Both the position numbers and the translations under genes were made by a program. DNA of 64,000 nucleotides from Scyliorhinus canicula (lineage: Eukaryota): the NCBI RefSeq assembly GCF_902713615.1, contig NC_052147.1:232631758-232695757 (forward strand), given 5' to 3'. A model generated the notes under the pieces. That model was not told where the DNA came from, ran no database searches, and saw nothing but the letters and a program-made list of their open reading frames with translations. Position 1 is the stretch's first letter. Each line of letters begins with the position of its first letter. Of this stretch, positions 10,994 to 24,485 are shown piece after piece.

Positions 10994-11696
10994 TGGCGCG
11001 ATTCTCCGCAAATGCGGAGAGTCGTAAAGGCTGCCGTGAAACTGGCCGTTTCGGCAGCCTCCGCGCCCCTCCCGGGACCCGATTCTCCCCCCCGGTCGGG
11101 GCTAGCAGCGCGGCCCCGTGAAGCACGGCATCGCGGGCTTAGCGACAGTCGCTAAGCCCGCGCGCCAAGCGTCACGGCGGCTGACGCGCACGATGACGTC
11201 AGCCGCGCATGCGCGGGTTGGACGGCTCCAACCCGCGCATGTGCGGATGACGTCATCACGCATATGCGTAAAACCCGCGCATGCCCCTCAGCCGCCCCGC
11301 GGACTGATCCTGCGGGGCGGCGGAGGAACAAAAGGTGCGTGGGTATCGGACCCGCTGTCCGCGATCGGTGCCCACCGATCGCAGGCCCATGCCACCCTTG
11401 GCACGGCCGTGGTGCGGCCGTGCCAATCGGTGCCATGGTTGTCCGGGACGGCACTTTGCGGCCATTTTCACGAACGGTGAGAGCAGGTGTGTTTGCGTTC
11501 GTGAAAACGGCCGTAAAGGCCTGGGAACTCGGCCCATCGGCCAGGGGGGAATTGCTGTTCACCGTAAAAAACGGCGAGCAGCGATCCGTGTCGTGGGGCG
11601 GCCGTGGGGGGGGGGGGGGAGAATAGCGGGAGGTCGGGAAAAATGTCGGGAAGGCCCTCCCGCTATTCTCCGCCCTGTCTTGGGCAGCGGAGAATA
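10994..11696. mobile_element. GC-rich Harbinger-type MITE, present only in duplicate copy 2
   Basis: Ends GGCGCGATTCTCCGC / GCGGAGAAT (right end clipped); absent at the equivalent position (~5993) in copy 1. Confidence 0.75.
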
Positions 11697-11918
11697 GAAT
11701 TTATAGTGCAGAAGGAGGCCATTCTGCCCCTTGATTCTGCACCTACCTTTGGAAAGAGCACCCGACTTAAACCCACGCCTCCACCCTATCCCTATAACCC
11801 AGTAACCCCACCTAACCTTTTTGGACACTAAGGGCAATTTATCATGCCCAATCCACCTATCCTGCACATCTTTGGGCTGTGATTCTATGAGAACATGGAC
11901 AGGGCAACATAAAAACAT

Positions 11919-12526
11919 GGGCAGGATACTCCGTTGCCCGATGGCAAAATCGTGTTCGGTGATCGGGCAGAGAACGGGCTCTGACACCCAAATCGTGGCC
12001 GGCACCAGTTTGACGTCGGTCAGCCATGCTCCATCCCATCCAAAATGGCATAATTGCACTGCTGCCACGGCATTGCCGCGTCATCAGCCGGCACTCCCGC
12101 GATGCTCCAGCCCCGATGGGCTGAGCTCCCAATGGCGCGGGACACGTGTGGTCTCAGTCATGCAGGAACTCCCGTGGTGACTTCGGACTGTGCCCAGCGC
12201 TGCCACACGCGGCCGTGGGGGCTTCTGCGAGGGCTGGGAGAGGCCAGGGGGCAGCTGTGGGGTCACAGATGGTGGGTCCGGTCCATGCACGGCCGACACC
12301 ATGTTGTATGGCGCGACCGCTGCAGGTCGTCTGCCGTGCCCATGGCTTGGGCCCAGCCATTCTAGGGTCGTTTTCGGTGCTTCAGGCTGGTGTTTTACCC
12401 AGCGCCGCTGCTAGCCCCTCACCAGTCCAGAAATCGGTGAGGGTTTCATGTCGATTTTTGGTTGTAAAAGGCCACACATGATCCGCTGGCACTGGCACTT
12501 AGCCGCTGAAATGGAGAATCTAGCCC
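11919..12526. mobile_element. Harbinger-type MITE
   Basis: Imperfect TIRs GGGCAGGATACTCC / GGAGAATCTAGCCC. Confidence 0.65.
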
Positions 12527-12789
12527 AAGGTGTTGTGTCAGCTGAAATTTGCAGAGTGTAGAAAGTAGACATCTGGGTATCAGATCAATTTGGAGTTGTC
12601 GAGTTTAGAAGTTACAAGGAGGTGGATGAGAATCAAGGTTGTGAATAATCCTATTCAGCCTGAGACCAGGAGGGGAATAGATAAGGTGAGAAGGGTACGG
12701 ATTTGTGGCAGAAGATCATGGCTTCGAGCACCCAAAGTTGTGTAGTGGTCAAACAGTATAATAGTGGGAGTGGAGGCAGGGGTGGGGGG

Positions 12790-14283
12790 TCACTGCCATT
12801 CCGTTCGGCAGGGACTCACTTTAGATACCTGGGGTTGCAGGTTGCTTGAGATTGAGGGGATGCTCCGTAGGTACAACATTTCTAGTTGGTGGGGAGGGTG
12901 AAAGCTGATCTGGCAAGGTGGGATGGTCTCCCTCTGTCACTGGCAGGTTGGGTACAGGCGGAAAATGATCGTGTTGCCGCGATTTCTGTTTATTTTCCAA
13001 CGCCTGCCGATTTTCCTGCCAAAGGCATTCTTTGAAGAGATTGAAGGAATCATTACCTCGTTCATATGGGGAGGGAAGGTGGTCAGAGTTAGAAAGGTGC
13101 TGTTACAGAAGGGTAGGGTCTTCCGAACCTGATGTGCTATTACTGGGCGGCAAATGTGGAGAAGGTGCAGAGCTGGGTCAGAGGGTTGATTCACAGTGGG
13201 TCAGAATGGAGGAGAGTTTGTGTAGGGGGTCGGTTTGCAGGATTGAAGGAGCTGGAAGTGAAGTATCGGCTGCAGCAGGGGAAATGTTTAGATACATGCA
13301 GGTTCAAGATTTTGCCAGGAAGGAGATACAGAGCTTCCCGGTGGAGCCGGCCTCCACATTGCTGGAGGAGATGCTGAAGACGGGGACTGGAGAAGGGGGT
13401 AGTGTCGGCAATTTACGGGGCTATTTTGGAAGAGGAGAAGGCACCGCTGGAAGGGATCAAGGCAAAGTGGGAGGAAGAGTTGGGAGAGGGTATGGAGACG
13501 GGGTTCTGGTGTAAGGTACTCCGGAGAGTGAATGCTTCCACCTCGTGCACGAAGTTGGGGCTGATACAGCTGAAGGTGGTATATAGAGCACACCTGACGA
13601 GGGTGAGGATGAGCCGGCTCTTTGAGGTGGTGGAAGATGTGTGTGAACGTTGCGGGGGAGGTTTATATGTTTTGGTTCTGTCCAAAGCTGGAGGATTACT
13701 GGAAGGAGGTTTTTAGGGTAATCTCTAAATTGGTGCACGTGAAACTGGACCCAGGTCCTCGGGAGGTCATATTCGGGATGTCGGACCAGCCGGGGTTGGA
13801 AACGGGTGCGAAGGCAGATGTTGTAGCCTTCGCCTTGTTGATCGCCCGAAGGAGGATCCTGTGGGATGGAGATCACCCTGTGCCCCGGCGAGGCGGGGGG
13901 GGACCTGTTGAAATTCTTGACTCTTGAGAAGGTCACATTTGAACTAAGGGGAAGGAGGGAGGGGTTCTACAATTCATGGGCATTATTCATTATGCACTTT
14001 CAAGAATTGGATAACATCGAACATGGGGGGGTGGGGGGGGGGGGGGGGGGGGTTGGGGGGGATTCTATGTGTTAATGGTGACTATGGGTGATTCCTGATT
14101 CGTTTTTGTTATTTGTTTATGTTAGCATGCGGGCTGCTGTTTGGGAGTTGGTGGGAAGATGTGATTGTTGTTGTTGATATGGGAATTGACATTTTATTTG
14201 TTACTGCTTATTCTTTCTTGTTATTGGGTGTAAATTTGGGAGAAAATGTGAAAAAGGAGAATAAAAATATTTATTTAAAAAAC
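12790..14283 (+). mobile_element. 5'-truncated L1/Tx1-type LINE (ORF2 C-terminus + 3' UTR), decayed
   Basis: LPRFLFIFQRLP, YYWAAN, KLGLIQLKVVYRAHLT, CERC..FWFCPKL remnants; G-rich 3' UTR and A-rich tail. Confidence 0.85.
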
Positions 14284-14689
14284 TGTATGATAGCATCGAG
14301 GTGATGGTGGCATCATTAGAGCTGGAGGAAAGGAAGTGTCATCAGTCTACATGTAGAAGCTAACTCTGTGTCTTTAGATAACATTACAAAGAGGTAGCAG
14401 GTAGACGAGGGGGAAGGGGGCCAATGATAGATACCCAGGGACTGGAGAGGAAATGGGATAAGAAAAGACCCCAATGCTGGAAATGCTCGATCTATGATCG
14501 GATACGTAAGATTGGAAAGAATAGAAATCTTATACATTAAAGGAGAAGGATTGTAGGAGGTTGGTAAGGTTGATTGTGTGAAAGGATGCAGAGAGAATAA
14601 GGGAGGAAAGTGCAAGGTCACTGTCACAGATAATGTAATTCATGACTTTCATTCGAGCAACTTCAGTTCTGTGGCAGGGTGGAAACTTG

Positions 14690-16075
14690 ATTAGCATCGC
14701 TGAAAAAAGAGACACGCCGTCAAAGCTTTTCATCTTGCACTCAGCAGGACAGTTTGCAAGAATACCAACAGTAAAGGGAACAACAATTTATACCGCATGA
14801 GGAGATTGTGTTGATTGGTTGGCAAGTGATGTTGCTTGTTCTGGGTGAGTGTGCTTAACACTCAATTTGGCTCGGTTTCGTTCGTTAGCTTTGGAGTCGC
14901 CAGGTATCGTTAAGATACCGCCACAAGTTTCAAGTTCAAGTTCAAAGCAATAAATCCATACACCAATTAGTAAGTTCAAACAAGACACGGTTATTATATT
15001 ACAGTAATCTACTAATCATGCATATAAAACTATAAAACTAGGCTAATCCTACCACTAATAGGCCAAATACTTATCTGGATAAGGGGACTGCCGGATCAGG
15101 GAACAACATCCTCTAGCTTTGTCATGGGTCCGCAGGCTTCCAGTAGTTATGGACTAAAGGGGGTCAGGAGTGTCTACTCTCATAGCGTGCGTTGTGACAC
15201 TTACTTGCTGGCGGCTACTGTCCAGACCTCTCCTCCTCAAGGTTCTTCTGCTGCAACGGTGTTCTGCTGGGAGGGCTGGCTGGTCAAGGAGAGGCTGGTA
15301 GAGAGAGCGAGCTGGGGTCGTGGTCTCTGTCTTATACTCCTCTCAGGGTCTTGCGCCCACCTGGGCGGACCCTCTATACTCTCGCAATCGATTGGGTCTC
15401 TTCCCAATCGATCGATTTGAATTCCCCAATAACGGGGCAGTAGCTCGATCAGTGGGGCGGTTCTTGGGACTTATTGTTTTGGACTTCTTTGGCGCCGAGA
15501 AGTCTGGCCTTCCATTCAATGTATCGACTTGTGTTTAACTTGTTTCCATTGTGCCTGGGGATCACCCGGTATTGCCTCATTAGTATGTTAACTGGTTTCT
15601 TTTCATAGTGCTGTCTGGTTTCTGCAGCAGTCAGAACTGGTTTCTGCAGTAGTCTGAATATACAAGCGCTTTGCAAGCTGCTTGCTTTTACAACATGTCC
15701 AATTTCCCTGCATTCCTTGCAATCTTCCATTTTGTGTTGGGCAGTGGTCACCCCAGGTGGCTACAGTGAGCTCTAATTGGAGGGGCATTGCCATGTAGAA
15801 TGCAGCAGGGAACAGTTAAATGCCAAGCTTTGGCTCAAATTCAAACACGACATGTTGGCTTTGATTAGTCAAGGAATTGGCAAGGGGAATGAATCATTTC
15901 CTTCCAAGCTTTTCTTTAGTTGAAAAAGGTGCAATGGGTGCACATGCTCCTTCTGTCTGCAAAGGACAGGGCCCTGTTTGTAAATATATGTCGCTTCCAG
16001 TATGTGTACGTGAGCCACGCCCTGAGCCCGACTGATAATCTTGATTAGATTCATTAGAATATGCAAATATTGTAG
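14690..16075 (-). mobile_element. Penelope-like element 3' remnant (interrupted by a solo LTR)
   Basis: ORF 15869-16066 contains ILEATYI...PVLCRQKE, resembling the C-terminus of PLE GIY-YIG endonucleases; flanks rejoin across the LTR insertion. Confidence 0.55.
14830..15765 (-). mobile_element. Solo LTR (936 bp)
   Basis: TGTTGC...GCTACA termini; 4-bp TSD GTGA at 14826-14829 and 15766-15769; no coding remnant. Confidence 0.75.
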
Positions 16076-16099
16076 AAGTAATTTATGCCCTACTTTGAA

Positions 16100-17865
16100 A
16101 AGAGGGATAAAACCAAAGTAAGTTTATTGAATTGTAATTCATTTTAGTATGCTTTTGTTAACTGTGATTGCTCACATACTTCATCTTCTTGCATTGTGGA
16201 ACATAGCACCTGAGATTTGAAGCATGCTACAGAAAATTTGAGTTCAGAGTGAGGCGTTGCATTTTATTTTTGGCAATGTACACCATCCAGCTATAGTAAT
16301 ACTCACCTGTTATACTCACCGTCGAGCTCGCCCTAAGTACTGCTCACCAGATGCACACCTTCTGACACCAGTCATGCTTCATGCTATTCTGACATCACGC
16401 CAGTATGAATGGATTTTTTGGCGTAGAGTATGATGCCAGGGTATGGGCCTGATAACTATATGTTAATTTATTAAAATAAGGTTACCAACATTGAACGTTG
16501 GGAAACATGGCCCTTCACTGATGTAGGGAGGAAACAACCGCTTACTGCTTTTAGATTGGCACGAAACAAGACTTTGGCCTTCTCGTGATATTTTCCATTC
16601 TCGACGGCAAACCCGCCCGATCCGAATGGAACGGAAAATTCCGTCTTAAGTGTCATTAACCTGTGAAAATATTCATTTCCATCTGTAGAACAATGAACTA
16701 CATGAAATCAGTTTTTCATAATATTGCTCTCCTTTATTTATTTTCCAGATAATTTCAGTTACTTGGTAACGGAAATATTGCACTTAAAAGTGATGCAAAA
16801 CCTCTTACATTTGGAGTTACTTCTATTCATTTCATGTGGACTTTTCCTGTATTATGTACATAAAGTGAGAAGAAGTTTAGAAACATTTGCTGCCAACATT
16901 ATCTTAGTAATTCTAATATGTATTGTACACTGCAAAAGTAAATATTATTAAAAGTTCTCTATTTTATTAATTAATTATTTTGCAATCTACTCACACTCAT
17001 ACAAGTGTCACACTGTGTCGATGCACTTCCGGCACATTCGTTCTACAGAATATCTATATTATTATATTCAACATTTAATAAAGTAAAGGGAGTTCACTGA
17101 GTGGCGCTCTTAATATGCTGGAGAACTTTATCTGGTCTCCAGATCCGTATAGAATCTATTTGAATGTTTCCTTTTTTATTATGGCTTCAGATATTCTCAC
17201 ACCTTCAGACTAGGAAAGGAAGAACCAGCCTAGGAACAACATGTGGGAATAAAGACATTTTATCAATAAGAAGGGTTCCCTGCACCCAAATTGCCATGAA
17301 TACATGTTGCTCAAGCCCTGCCCACAGTATGAATTGAAACATTTTTGTAAAATAAAACTTGACACTGAAGGTCTGCTTTATTTTGACCCCTAAATTATAA
17401 CCCCCCACAAAATCAGGAGTGGCCAGCAATCCTGCCAAAATTAACATCATGCACTTTAGCAATACGCCAACTTCTACTAGTGGTATAGTTGGCGAAGATG
17501 ATAGAAAAATATGTTATGGTATTTCTGCTCAAGTTGTTCCAAATATTTTGGCAAAAACCTTAATTAAATCATGATAGTATATCTATATATATATTAAGAC
17601 AAACCCCACAATAAAATATCACATAAAACAATTCACACATTCACAGTTGTTAAAGATTTAGGTAAAAAATAGCTGCTTTCCTCTGTAATAATGTTGTAAC
17701 TACCCCAATATTTTATTCATTCTATTCTTACTCAAGTTGCGTAAAAGAAAATGTACTTCCATATTGTGAATCTGTGCAAACTTTATAGCAGTTTTAACAA
17801 TCTTCAAGACCTGCCAATCAAAGACAGCGTGTTACAAAGGTACAAAATCAACAGCGAGTTGATAT
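16100..17865 (-). other. SLC12A8: Probable SLC12A8 3' UTR (end uncertain)
   Basis: AT-rich, largely repeat-poor stretch after the stop, with several minus-strand AATAAA candidates (about 17712, 17377, 17175, 16962, 16733, 16468). Confidence 0.45.
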
Positions 17866-18031
17866 TCAGTTCAAATGACGACTGAGAACTTCTCCACTAA
17901 TAACTGAGGAATGATGGTAGCGGTCTCGTGAGGCAAAGTCAGTATTCTCTTCAGTTAGTTGTGTCGTTGCCATGCCAACTGTTGTAAATGTGGGTGTCAC
18001 TATAACCTGTTTTTCATATGGCGATTCTTTC
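17866..18031 (-). CDS. SLC12A8: SLC12A8 terminal coding exon with stop
   Basis: ggtttcAG| then KESPYEKQVIVTPTFTTVGMATTQLTEENTDFASRDRYHHSSVISGEVLSRHLN-TGA; TQLTxENxDFAxRDRYHHSS is the SLC12A8 C-terminus. Confidence 0.94.
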
Positions 18032-18799
18032 CTGAAACCATTAAATAAATTGCATTAAATATTTGAGCATAAATGCGAACACAATATTCCAGCATGTAAA
18101 ACAAAATCCAATTGAACTGATTTATAGAGACGAGGAACAGCAAACCTGCGCTTCATAGCATCATAGCATCCCAAAGAGGAGGGATAATCATGGCAAATGT
18201 TGTGCCCAGGCTGACTTCCTGAGCCTCTTAGCAGCTATGTCAAAGTGACATTGGCAGGGGCTTGAAAACAAGTCATCCATCTCCATGTTTGCTATTTCAA
18301 TACTCATGGAGACCAAGATAATTGGGAAGAAAATGGAAACAATGAGTGACTGATCAGTGATAATAATAGGTATATGAATAACTTTTAAGACGTTAGACAC
18401 CCGGTGACCTGTTTATGTTTTATAAATACAAGGAGTTGATTGTTGTGTCTCTTGACAGTCAAACAGCAAGTTTAAAAAATAAATCACCTTGTAAATGAGG
18501 AAAAATAGGCCAAATAGGATTTCACCATTCCAGCGATTTATTTTTTGTTTAAACCAGAAGATGCACAGTTTCATAAGATTAGGGTGTTTATGACATAGGA
18601 ATAAAAGGCACTGATTTCTAATGACTAACTTAGTAAAATGTTATATATAGTAAAGGGTATTCCAGGCGTTTATAGAGAATGAATTCTACAGCTATCTCCA
18701 TTATCTTGTGAAAGATGTAAATGTATTTACCCATTTTCCTTTTAACTTTCAGCTTTGAATGGGATTAAAACTGAGAATACACAACAAGACAGTGCAATA

Positions 18800-19710
18800 T
18801 ATAATAATTGCAGTAAGACATATGGGATGCCAAAATCTAAAGTGGCTGCACCCCATTGTGAGCATGGTCTGATATTATTTTGAAGGGGTATCTGGAACTT
18901 GACACAACTGGGGGACTTAAATATAAGGTTTGATTCACTAGTGGATTCCTGGTCAGGAAGTATGCACCATACAAATGGCTTAATTATATGGCTGCTTGCA
19001 CTGAAGTTGGTTCCAGGATCTTGGAACAAGCACGAGTGAATGAGCAAAACTTGGCAGATGGAATATAACGTAGGAAAATGTGAAGTTTTGCACTTTATGT
19101 CCTCGTACATAAATCACAGAAAGGTTAGCATGCAAGATTCGTGGGTAATATGGAAGGCAAATTGAATGTTGGGCTTTATTTCAAAGAGAGTGGAGTATAA
19201 ATGAAGGGAAGTCTTACTAAAACCATACAAGGCGCTAACTAGGACACCTGACAACTGTAAAGAGTTTTGGACCTCTTATCTAAAGAAAGGTATACTGGCA
19301 TTGGAGGCCGTCCAGATAAGGTTCACTAGTTGATCCTACATATGGAGAGATTTTCTTATGAGGGGAGTATGAATAGGTTGGGCCTGTATTCATCGGAGTT
19401 TAGAAGAATGAGAGGCAAACTTATTGAGACATATAGAATTCTCAGGGGGCTTGAAGATGAGGAGGAATTTCTTCTCTCAGGGGCTGGTGAATCTGTTGAA
19501 TTCTTTATTGCAAAAGGCCGTGGAGGGTTGGTTGTTAAGTATGTTCAAAGCTGAGGCAGACAGATATTTAATCAGTAAGGAAATCAAGAGTAGATAAGGC
19601 AGGAAGGTGGAGATGAGGATTATCATATCAGATCAGTCAGAAGTTCATTGAATGGTGGAGCAGGCTCGATGGGCCAAATAGTCTACTTTTCCTCCTAAAT
19701 CTCACGGTCC
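18800..19710 (+). mobile_element. CR1 LINE fragment (RT C-terminus to 3' end)
   Basis: SYEGSMNRLGLYSSEFRRMRGKLIETYRILRG motif and CR1 3' tail. Confidence 0.8.
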
Positions 19711-20349
19711 GGTAGTTCTTGAAATAGCTTTTCAAAATTTAGTCATTTCAGTTTTGCCAGTACAGAGAGAATCCTGTGGGGGAGGGTATAGAAATAAATG
19801 TTTAAGGAAGGGAGGTAAGGTGAGGCAGGAGAGATGGGCTGGGGTCCTAGTACTTGACAGTATTGAGGACACAGGGTTTTCCAGAAGAATGTACCAAAAA
19901 TGCCCTCGGCTCCTTTTGAGCCATTGTTCCCATCACACCTTCACCAATCAGCAGCTTCTTGTGTGTCTCCACTGTTCTCACCATTTCCAGTGGTTCTGGT
20001 TTCTAACTTGAACAATGAAAAGGTGACGTTTCTGCTTCTGCTCTAAGTGCACTCAATGGGTGGGGTTTTTCCACCAGGCGAACCACCAGGATTGACCACC
20101 ACATTCCCACAGTGGGTTACACCACAATGGAGTCGGGAAATCGTGGTCAAAGAATGGATATTGGGAAATTGTGCACCACCATCTTGATCTTATGTCTTCT
20201 AATAGTAATAGATATGCGTACATTGAACATTTCTGCACATTCTATAGAGATTTCCCATTATACGTTTACAATGTTAAGGTTTGACATAAAATTGCGAATC
20301 AAAGTTGTGACAGAGAAAATAGGAACAAGGAAGCATGCTCCAAAATTAA

Positions 20350-20469
20350 GGGCTGGATTCTCCCACCTCGCCCCTCGCTAGAATGCCACAGGCGTGCCGC
20401 GTGGAATGGAAAAATCCATTGCCCTCAGACGAGATTATCTGGTCGGCGGGTGAACGGAAAATACTGCCC
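20350..20469. mobile_element. Short Harbinger/Tourist-type MITE
   Basis: TIRs GGGCTGGATTCTCC / GGAAAATACTGCCC; TSD TAA on both sides. Confidence 0.75.
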
Positions 20470-22377
20470 TAAGACTTTTATTAAGGTTGATATTCTACAA
20501 ATACTGTGAGCAGACAAGCCAACACAAAAAAACATTAAATTCTCATCCTGTGTTAGGACAACACACTTGCTGAGGGCAGAGTGATTTATTTTTACCTGTA
20601 GGTTTAGTATACTTGATGAATTGGTGTTTGAAAATTGCAGTCATAGTCATATGTATGTTTTTGGTTAAGGAAGACTGCTTGGAGGTATTTCCACAACTAA
20701 CAGAAATATAAAAATATTTGTGGTGTTCGCGATAGTTACATTTTCTGTTGAATACTTCCCGGCAAATCATTCAGAATCTTACCAGAAAATGGCAAAGTGT
20801 TAGTTCCGGTGAAAAATACAATGCAAATCCCACCGACAGCTTTCTCATGGAAGTTTGAGCCTCTTTGCCAAAAGAAATGAGTAGGTGTGGTTTACACCAT
20901 CACTCTGGCAAGGCGGGACCTCTTAAAGAGCCAGAAACCAGCCCCAAACAGATCGGGGCGCCATCATCAAAGGGCACTCCATCCAGTGCTGTAGTCTAAC
21001 GACCCCAGCCCACATCACGGAAATCTCGGGGGCCCTCGGCAACCCAAAATGCATTACCCAAAATTCACTGGTGGCACCTTGTCCCCCGCGGAATTCATCG
21101 CGGCATCCTCCCCAACCACCATACATACACCCCTCATGGAGCTCCCACTAAGATCTGCCCAAGACACATGTTGGCACTGCCGAGCATGTCCATTTACCCC
21201 TTTATCCCCCTCCCCCCCCCAGGCTATATTTACGTCTGCACCCTCGGGAGGATCTCCTCGACCACCTCAAATCTGGCCAAACCTGTTGTAGCATCACACC
21301 AGCACCCAATTAATATTCCGTGAGGGGAGGGAAGGTCGGGAGAGAGTATTTGTTAATGACATGCTAATGTCTTAAAATGCGGATCCTGGGCTCTTGCAAC
21401 ACTATTTGCGCTACTCCACCAGAGATGGGGGTGGAGGGGGGGGGGGAATTCCAAAACCCAATCACACCGGAGAGAATCACGTTTTTTGATGCTCTCCAGA
21501 ATTCGAGCCCACACTGAGCTTCTCACAGACGCAGAATGCAGATTCAAAATCGCGGTGATGTATCAAAAAGACAGCACGATAATAAATATTCAATGATGGC
21601 ACAACTCTGCAATCGCAAATCCTGCAGGAAATCTTCACATTAAAGCTCAAATCCTAATCAATTCACCAAGTATTTTAATGAAGCTGTTATAGAATTAATT
21701 TCTTCGCTGATATCTCTACAGCACCATCTGGCACATACAAATGGCAGAATGAGAATTTGTTGGGGTGTAAAGTGATGAACTGGCATTGTGAAATGCTCAG
21801 GAACACAATTACTGCATATTATCATCGGTGCATGATTTAAAGACGATTATGATGATCTGGGATGTCCAGTTATTCACATGCACCTATTTTAATCTGCACA
21901 CCAGCTTCAAAGGCTACAGAAATCAATGGAGGCCCGTTAACTCATTTGGCTAGATGGCTAGCATGTGGTTCAGAATAAGGTTAATAGCATGGTTTGATTC
22001 CTATTTTGGCTGGGGTAGTCTCGGGACCTACCCCCTTGGCCGGCTCCTAAGGGGCCATAAGACATAGGAGCCGAATTAGGCCACTCGGCCCATCGAGTCT
22101 GCTCCGCCATTCAATTATGGCTGATATTTTTCTCATCCCTATTCTCCTGCCTTCTCCCCATAACCCCGATCCCCTGATTGATCAAAAGGGAGTAGAAGGC
22201 ACTGACAAAAGCAGCAATAAAACTGCACTGGATGACGCACCAGCTGACAGTGAGCCAAGGACCTGACTTTGAGCAGAGCCACATACGGATGAATATGTTT
22301 TAACATGATCCGAATCAGGTTCTGAATAGTTTGTTTCCATATTTTGCCCAAGTTACAAATGCAAAACTATTACAAAC

Positions 22378-22438
22378 CTCATTGCCTCACTGAAGACCGT
22401 CTGAATCCAAGAAAAAAAGTTGAAGTTATTACCGAGCC
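22378..22438 (-). CDS. SLC12A8: SLC12A8 coding exon (61 bp)
   Basis: ttttctccgcAG|...|GTttgt; encodes GLGNNFNFFSWIQTVFSEAMR (cf. mammalian GSASNFSFFRW); phase 1 to phase 2 joins both neighbours in frame. Confidence 0.9.
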
Positions 22439-23143
22439 CTGCGGAGAAAACATGCAAAAATTATAATTGTAGAGGAGAAACAGATTAAAAATCAAAGCTC
22501 AACAATTACAAAAGTTGAGATTACTCGCAGCAGTAAAATGATACTAAGATGATTTAGTTAAAAAGCCCCTGTTATCTGCGCTGCACACGCTTCTGGATTT
22601 CCCACACACTATCGTCGACCCTGTACTTCTCCCAGCACATCGGCACTTTAAAATCCAGCCCACTGTGTGCAGGCTAATGACCACAGTATGTTACAAGATC
22701 ACAACATGTCTCTTGAATATAGCACAAATCCCAAGGGCAAAACTCAAGTTTTATTGCAACCACAGGCTGTGTTACAACCTTCAAATGAAAATCAATGGGA
22801 AACTGACACATTCTGTTTTGCAAGCATCTTTTCCTCCTATTGCTGGTGGATCTCAAAGAACCTTAATAATACGCACAGCAGGATTGCACAACATTCATCA
22901 ATCCTAAACTCATCAAACTCATTACTAGAATTTGAAAATGGCTGCAGGGGGCATGGGTGAGACAGAGGTGGAGGGAGGGGGGCGGTTAGAAGCTGCTCTG
23001 CATAATGCTTCATGAACGTAACCAGTTACTATTACACCCCAATCATGTTAATTATCTTTCTTAAATTATCTTTATTTCTCAGGATGAAAGGTAATTTTCT
23101 GAACTAATTTCATACCTTACAATTTTTCCTGAGATGATATTAG

Positions 23144-23334
23144 GGGCTTGAATTTCCAGTTCCCCAGCCGAGTGTTCCTCTGTGACACGCCATTTGTTGG
23201 TGAGGGGATTCTCCACTCCTGCTGCTTTTCAATGAGATTTCCCATTGAAACCAGCCCATGCCACCTGGAAACCTGCAGACGGGTGTCCACTGCTGGCGGG
23301 AACAGTGAATCGCAACGGCCGGAGAATTCTGGCC
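23144..23334. mobile_element. Short Harbinger-type MITE
   Basis: GGGCTTGAATTTCC / GGAGAATTCTGGCC; TSD TAG on both sides. Confidence 0.7.
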
Positions 23335-23899
23335 TAGAGTTTCTCTTTACCGGCACTCCTGCAACAAGTTGTTCGAGGGGAACCCATGCAGGCTGAACAA
23401 GGTCATCTGCATGTAGACGCTGTGGCTAATATTTGGTCTGTTAATTACAATTGGCCATTCACTGACAGGCAATAACCTAGTGCAACATTTTAATTATTAA
23501 TGTGACTCAGAAGAACCAAAAACAAATGTTACATTTGCCAATTTCTTCCATCTACTTATTTCGGAACTGTTAGCAATCAAGTACAATTTTTGTTAAATGC
23601 AATTTCTAACTGTTTAAAGGCTCTAAAGGTTTATTTTGTTTAATTACATAGATTGCATTCGCCAGCAATGTGTTTAAAATACGATTGAGAGATGTAAAAC
23701 TTCAGCATCATAATATTAGTTTGTATTGTCCTTGTTTAACATTTGCACCAACTTTAATTTTGCTGATATTAATTAGAAAGCTACACCCATTCAGCATGAA
23801 ACATATTGTTAGGTTTGTATGTGTTAAGCCCAGAGAATGAAATGAGTATGTGGTTTCTTTCAAAGGCATTTGCCAGAATTGAGGCACCTGGGGAAACGT

Positions 23900-24245
23900 G
23901 GTGGTGGTATAGTGGCAATATTACTGGACTTGTGAATCCAGAGGTAGGTCCAGACTAATGTCCTGGGGTCATGGGTTCAAAGGCCACCACAGCAGCTGGT
24001 GGAATTTGAATGTAATTCATAATATCTGGAATTAAAAGCTAATCTCAGTAATAATGACCATGAAATAATTATTGATTTTCCTAAAATAGCATCTGTTTCA
24101 CTAACGTTTAAGGACAGTACAGGACCTGGTCTGGCGTCAATGCAATGGTTGTCACTTGGCCTCTGAAATGGCCTAACAAGCCATTCTGTTCAGGCAATTA
24201 GGGATGGGCAATAATACCGGCCCTGCTAATAACACCCACCATAAC
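23900..24245 (+). mobile_element. Old tRNA-derived SINE with L2-like tail (Deu/SacSINE-like)
   Basis: tRNA-like head (TGGTATAGTGG...GGTTCAAA) and tail GGCAATTAGGGATGGGCAATAA; a similar tail occurs at about 49600-49660. Confidence 0.55.
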
Positions 24246-24306
24246 TAATCCATGAAATAGTAAATTAGAAAGAAATTAGGCTGAATGGCTTTCTTCTGTA
24301 ACCAAG

Positions 24307-24485
24307 GGGCTGGTTTAGCACTGTGGGCTAAACAGCTGGCTTGTAATGCAGAACAAGGCCAGCAGCGCAGGTTCAATTCCCGTACTGGGCACCCCGAACG
24401 GGCTCCAGAATGTGGCGACTTGGGGCTTTTCACAGCAACTTCATTGAAGCGTACTTGTGACAATAAGCGATTATTATTATATTAT
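24307..24485 (+). mobile_element. Short tRNA-derived SINE, family 2
   Basis: GGGCTGGTTTAGCAC...GGTTCAATTCCC...GTGACAATAAGCG plus microsatellite tail. Other copies at about 27437-27605, 32070-32190, 39607-39787 (-), 42480-42670, 53015-53195, 63600-63705. Confidence 0.8.

Noticed and set aside
11118-12481. Dense overlapping ORFs in GC-rich blocks (also 30.8-31.6, 46.0-46.7, 52.5-53.0, 62.5-63.3 kb)
   Set aside because: Stop-poor GC-rich MITE sequence with no recognisable protein motifs; not host CpG-island promoters.
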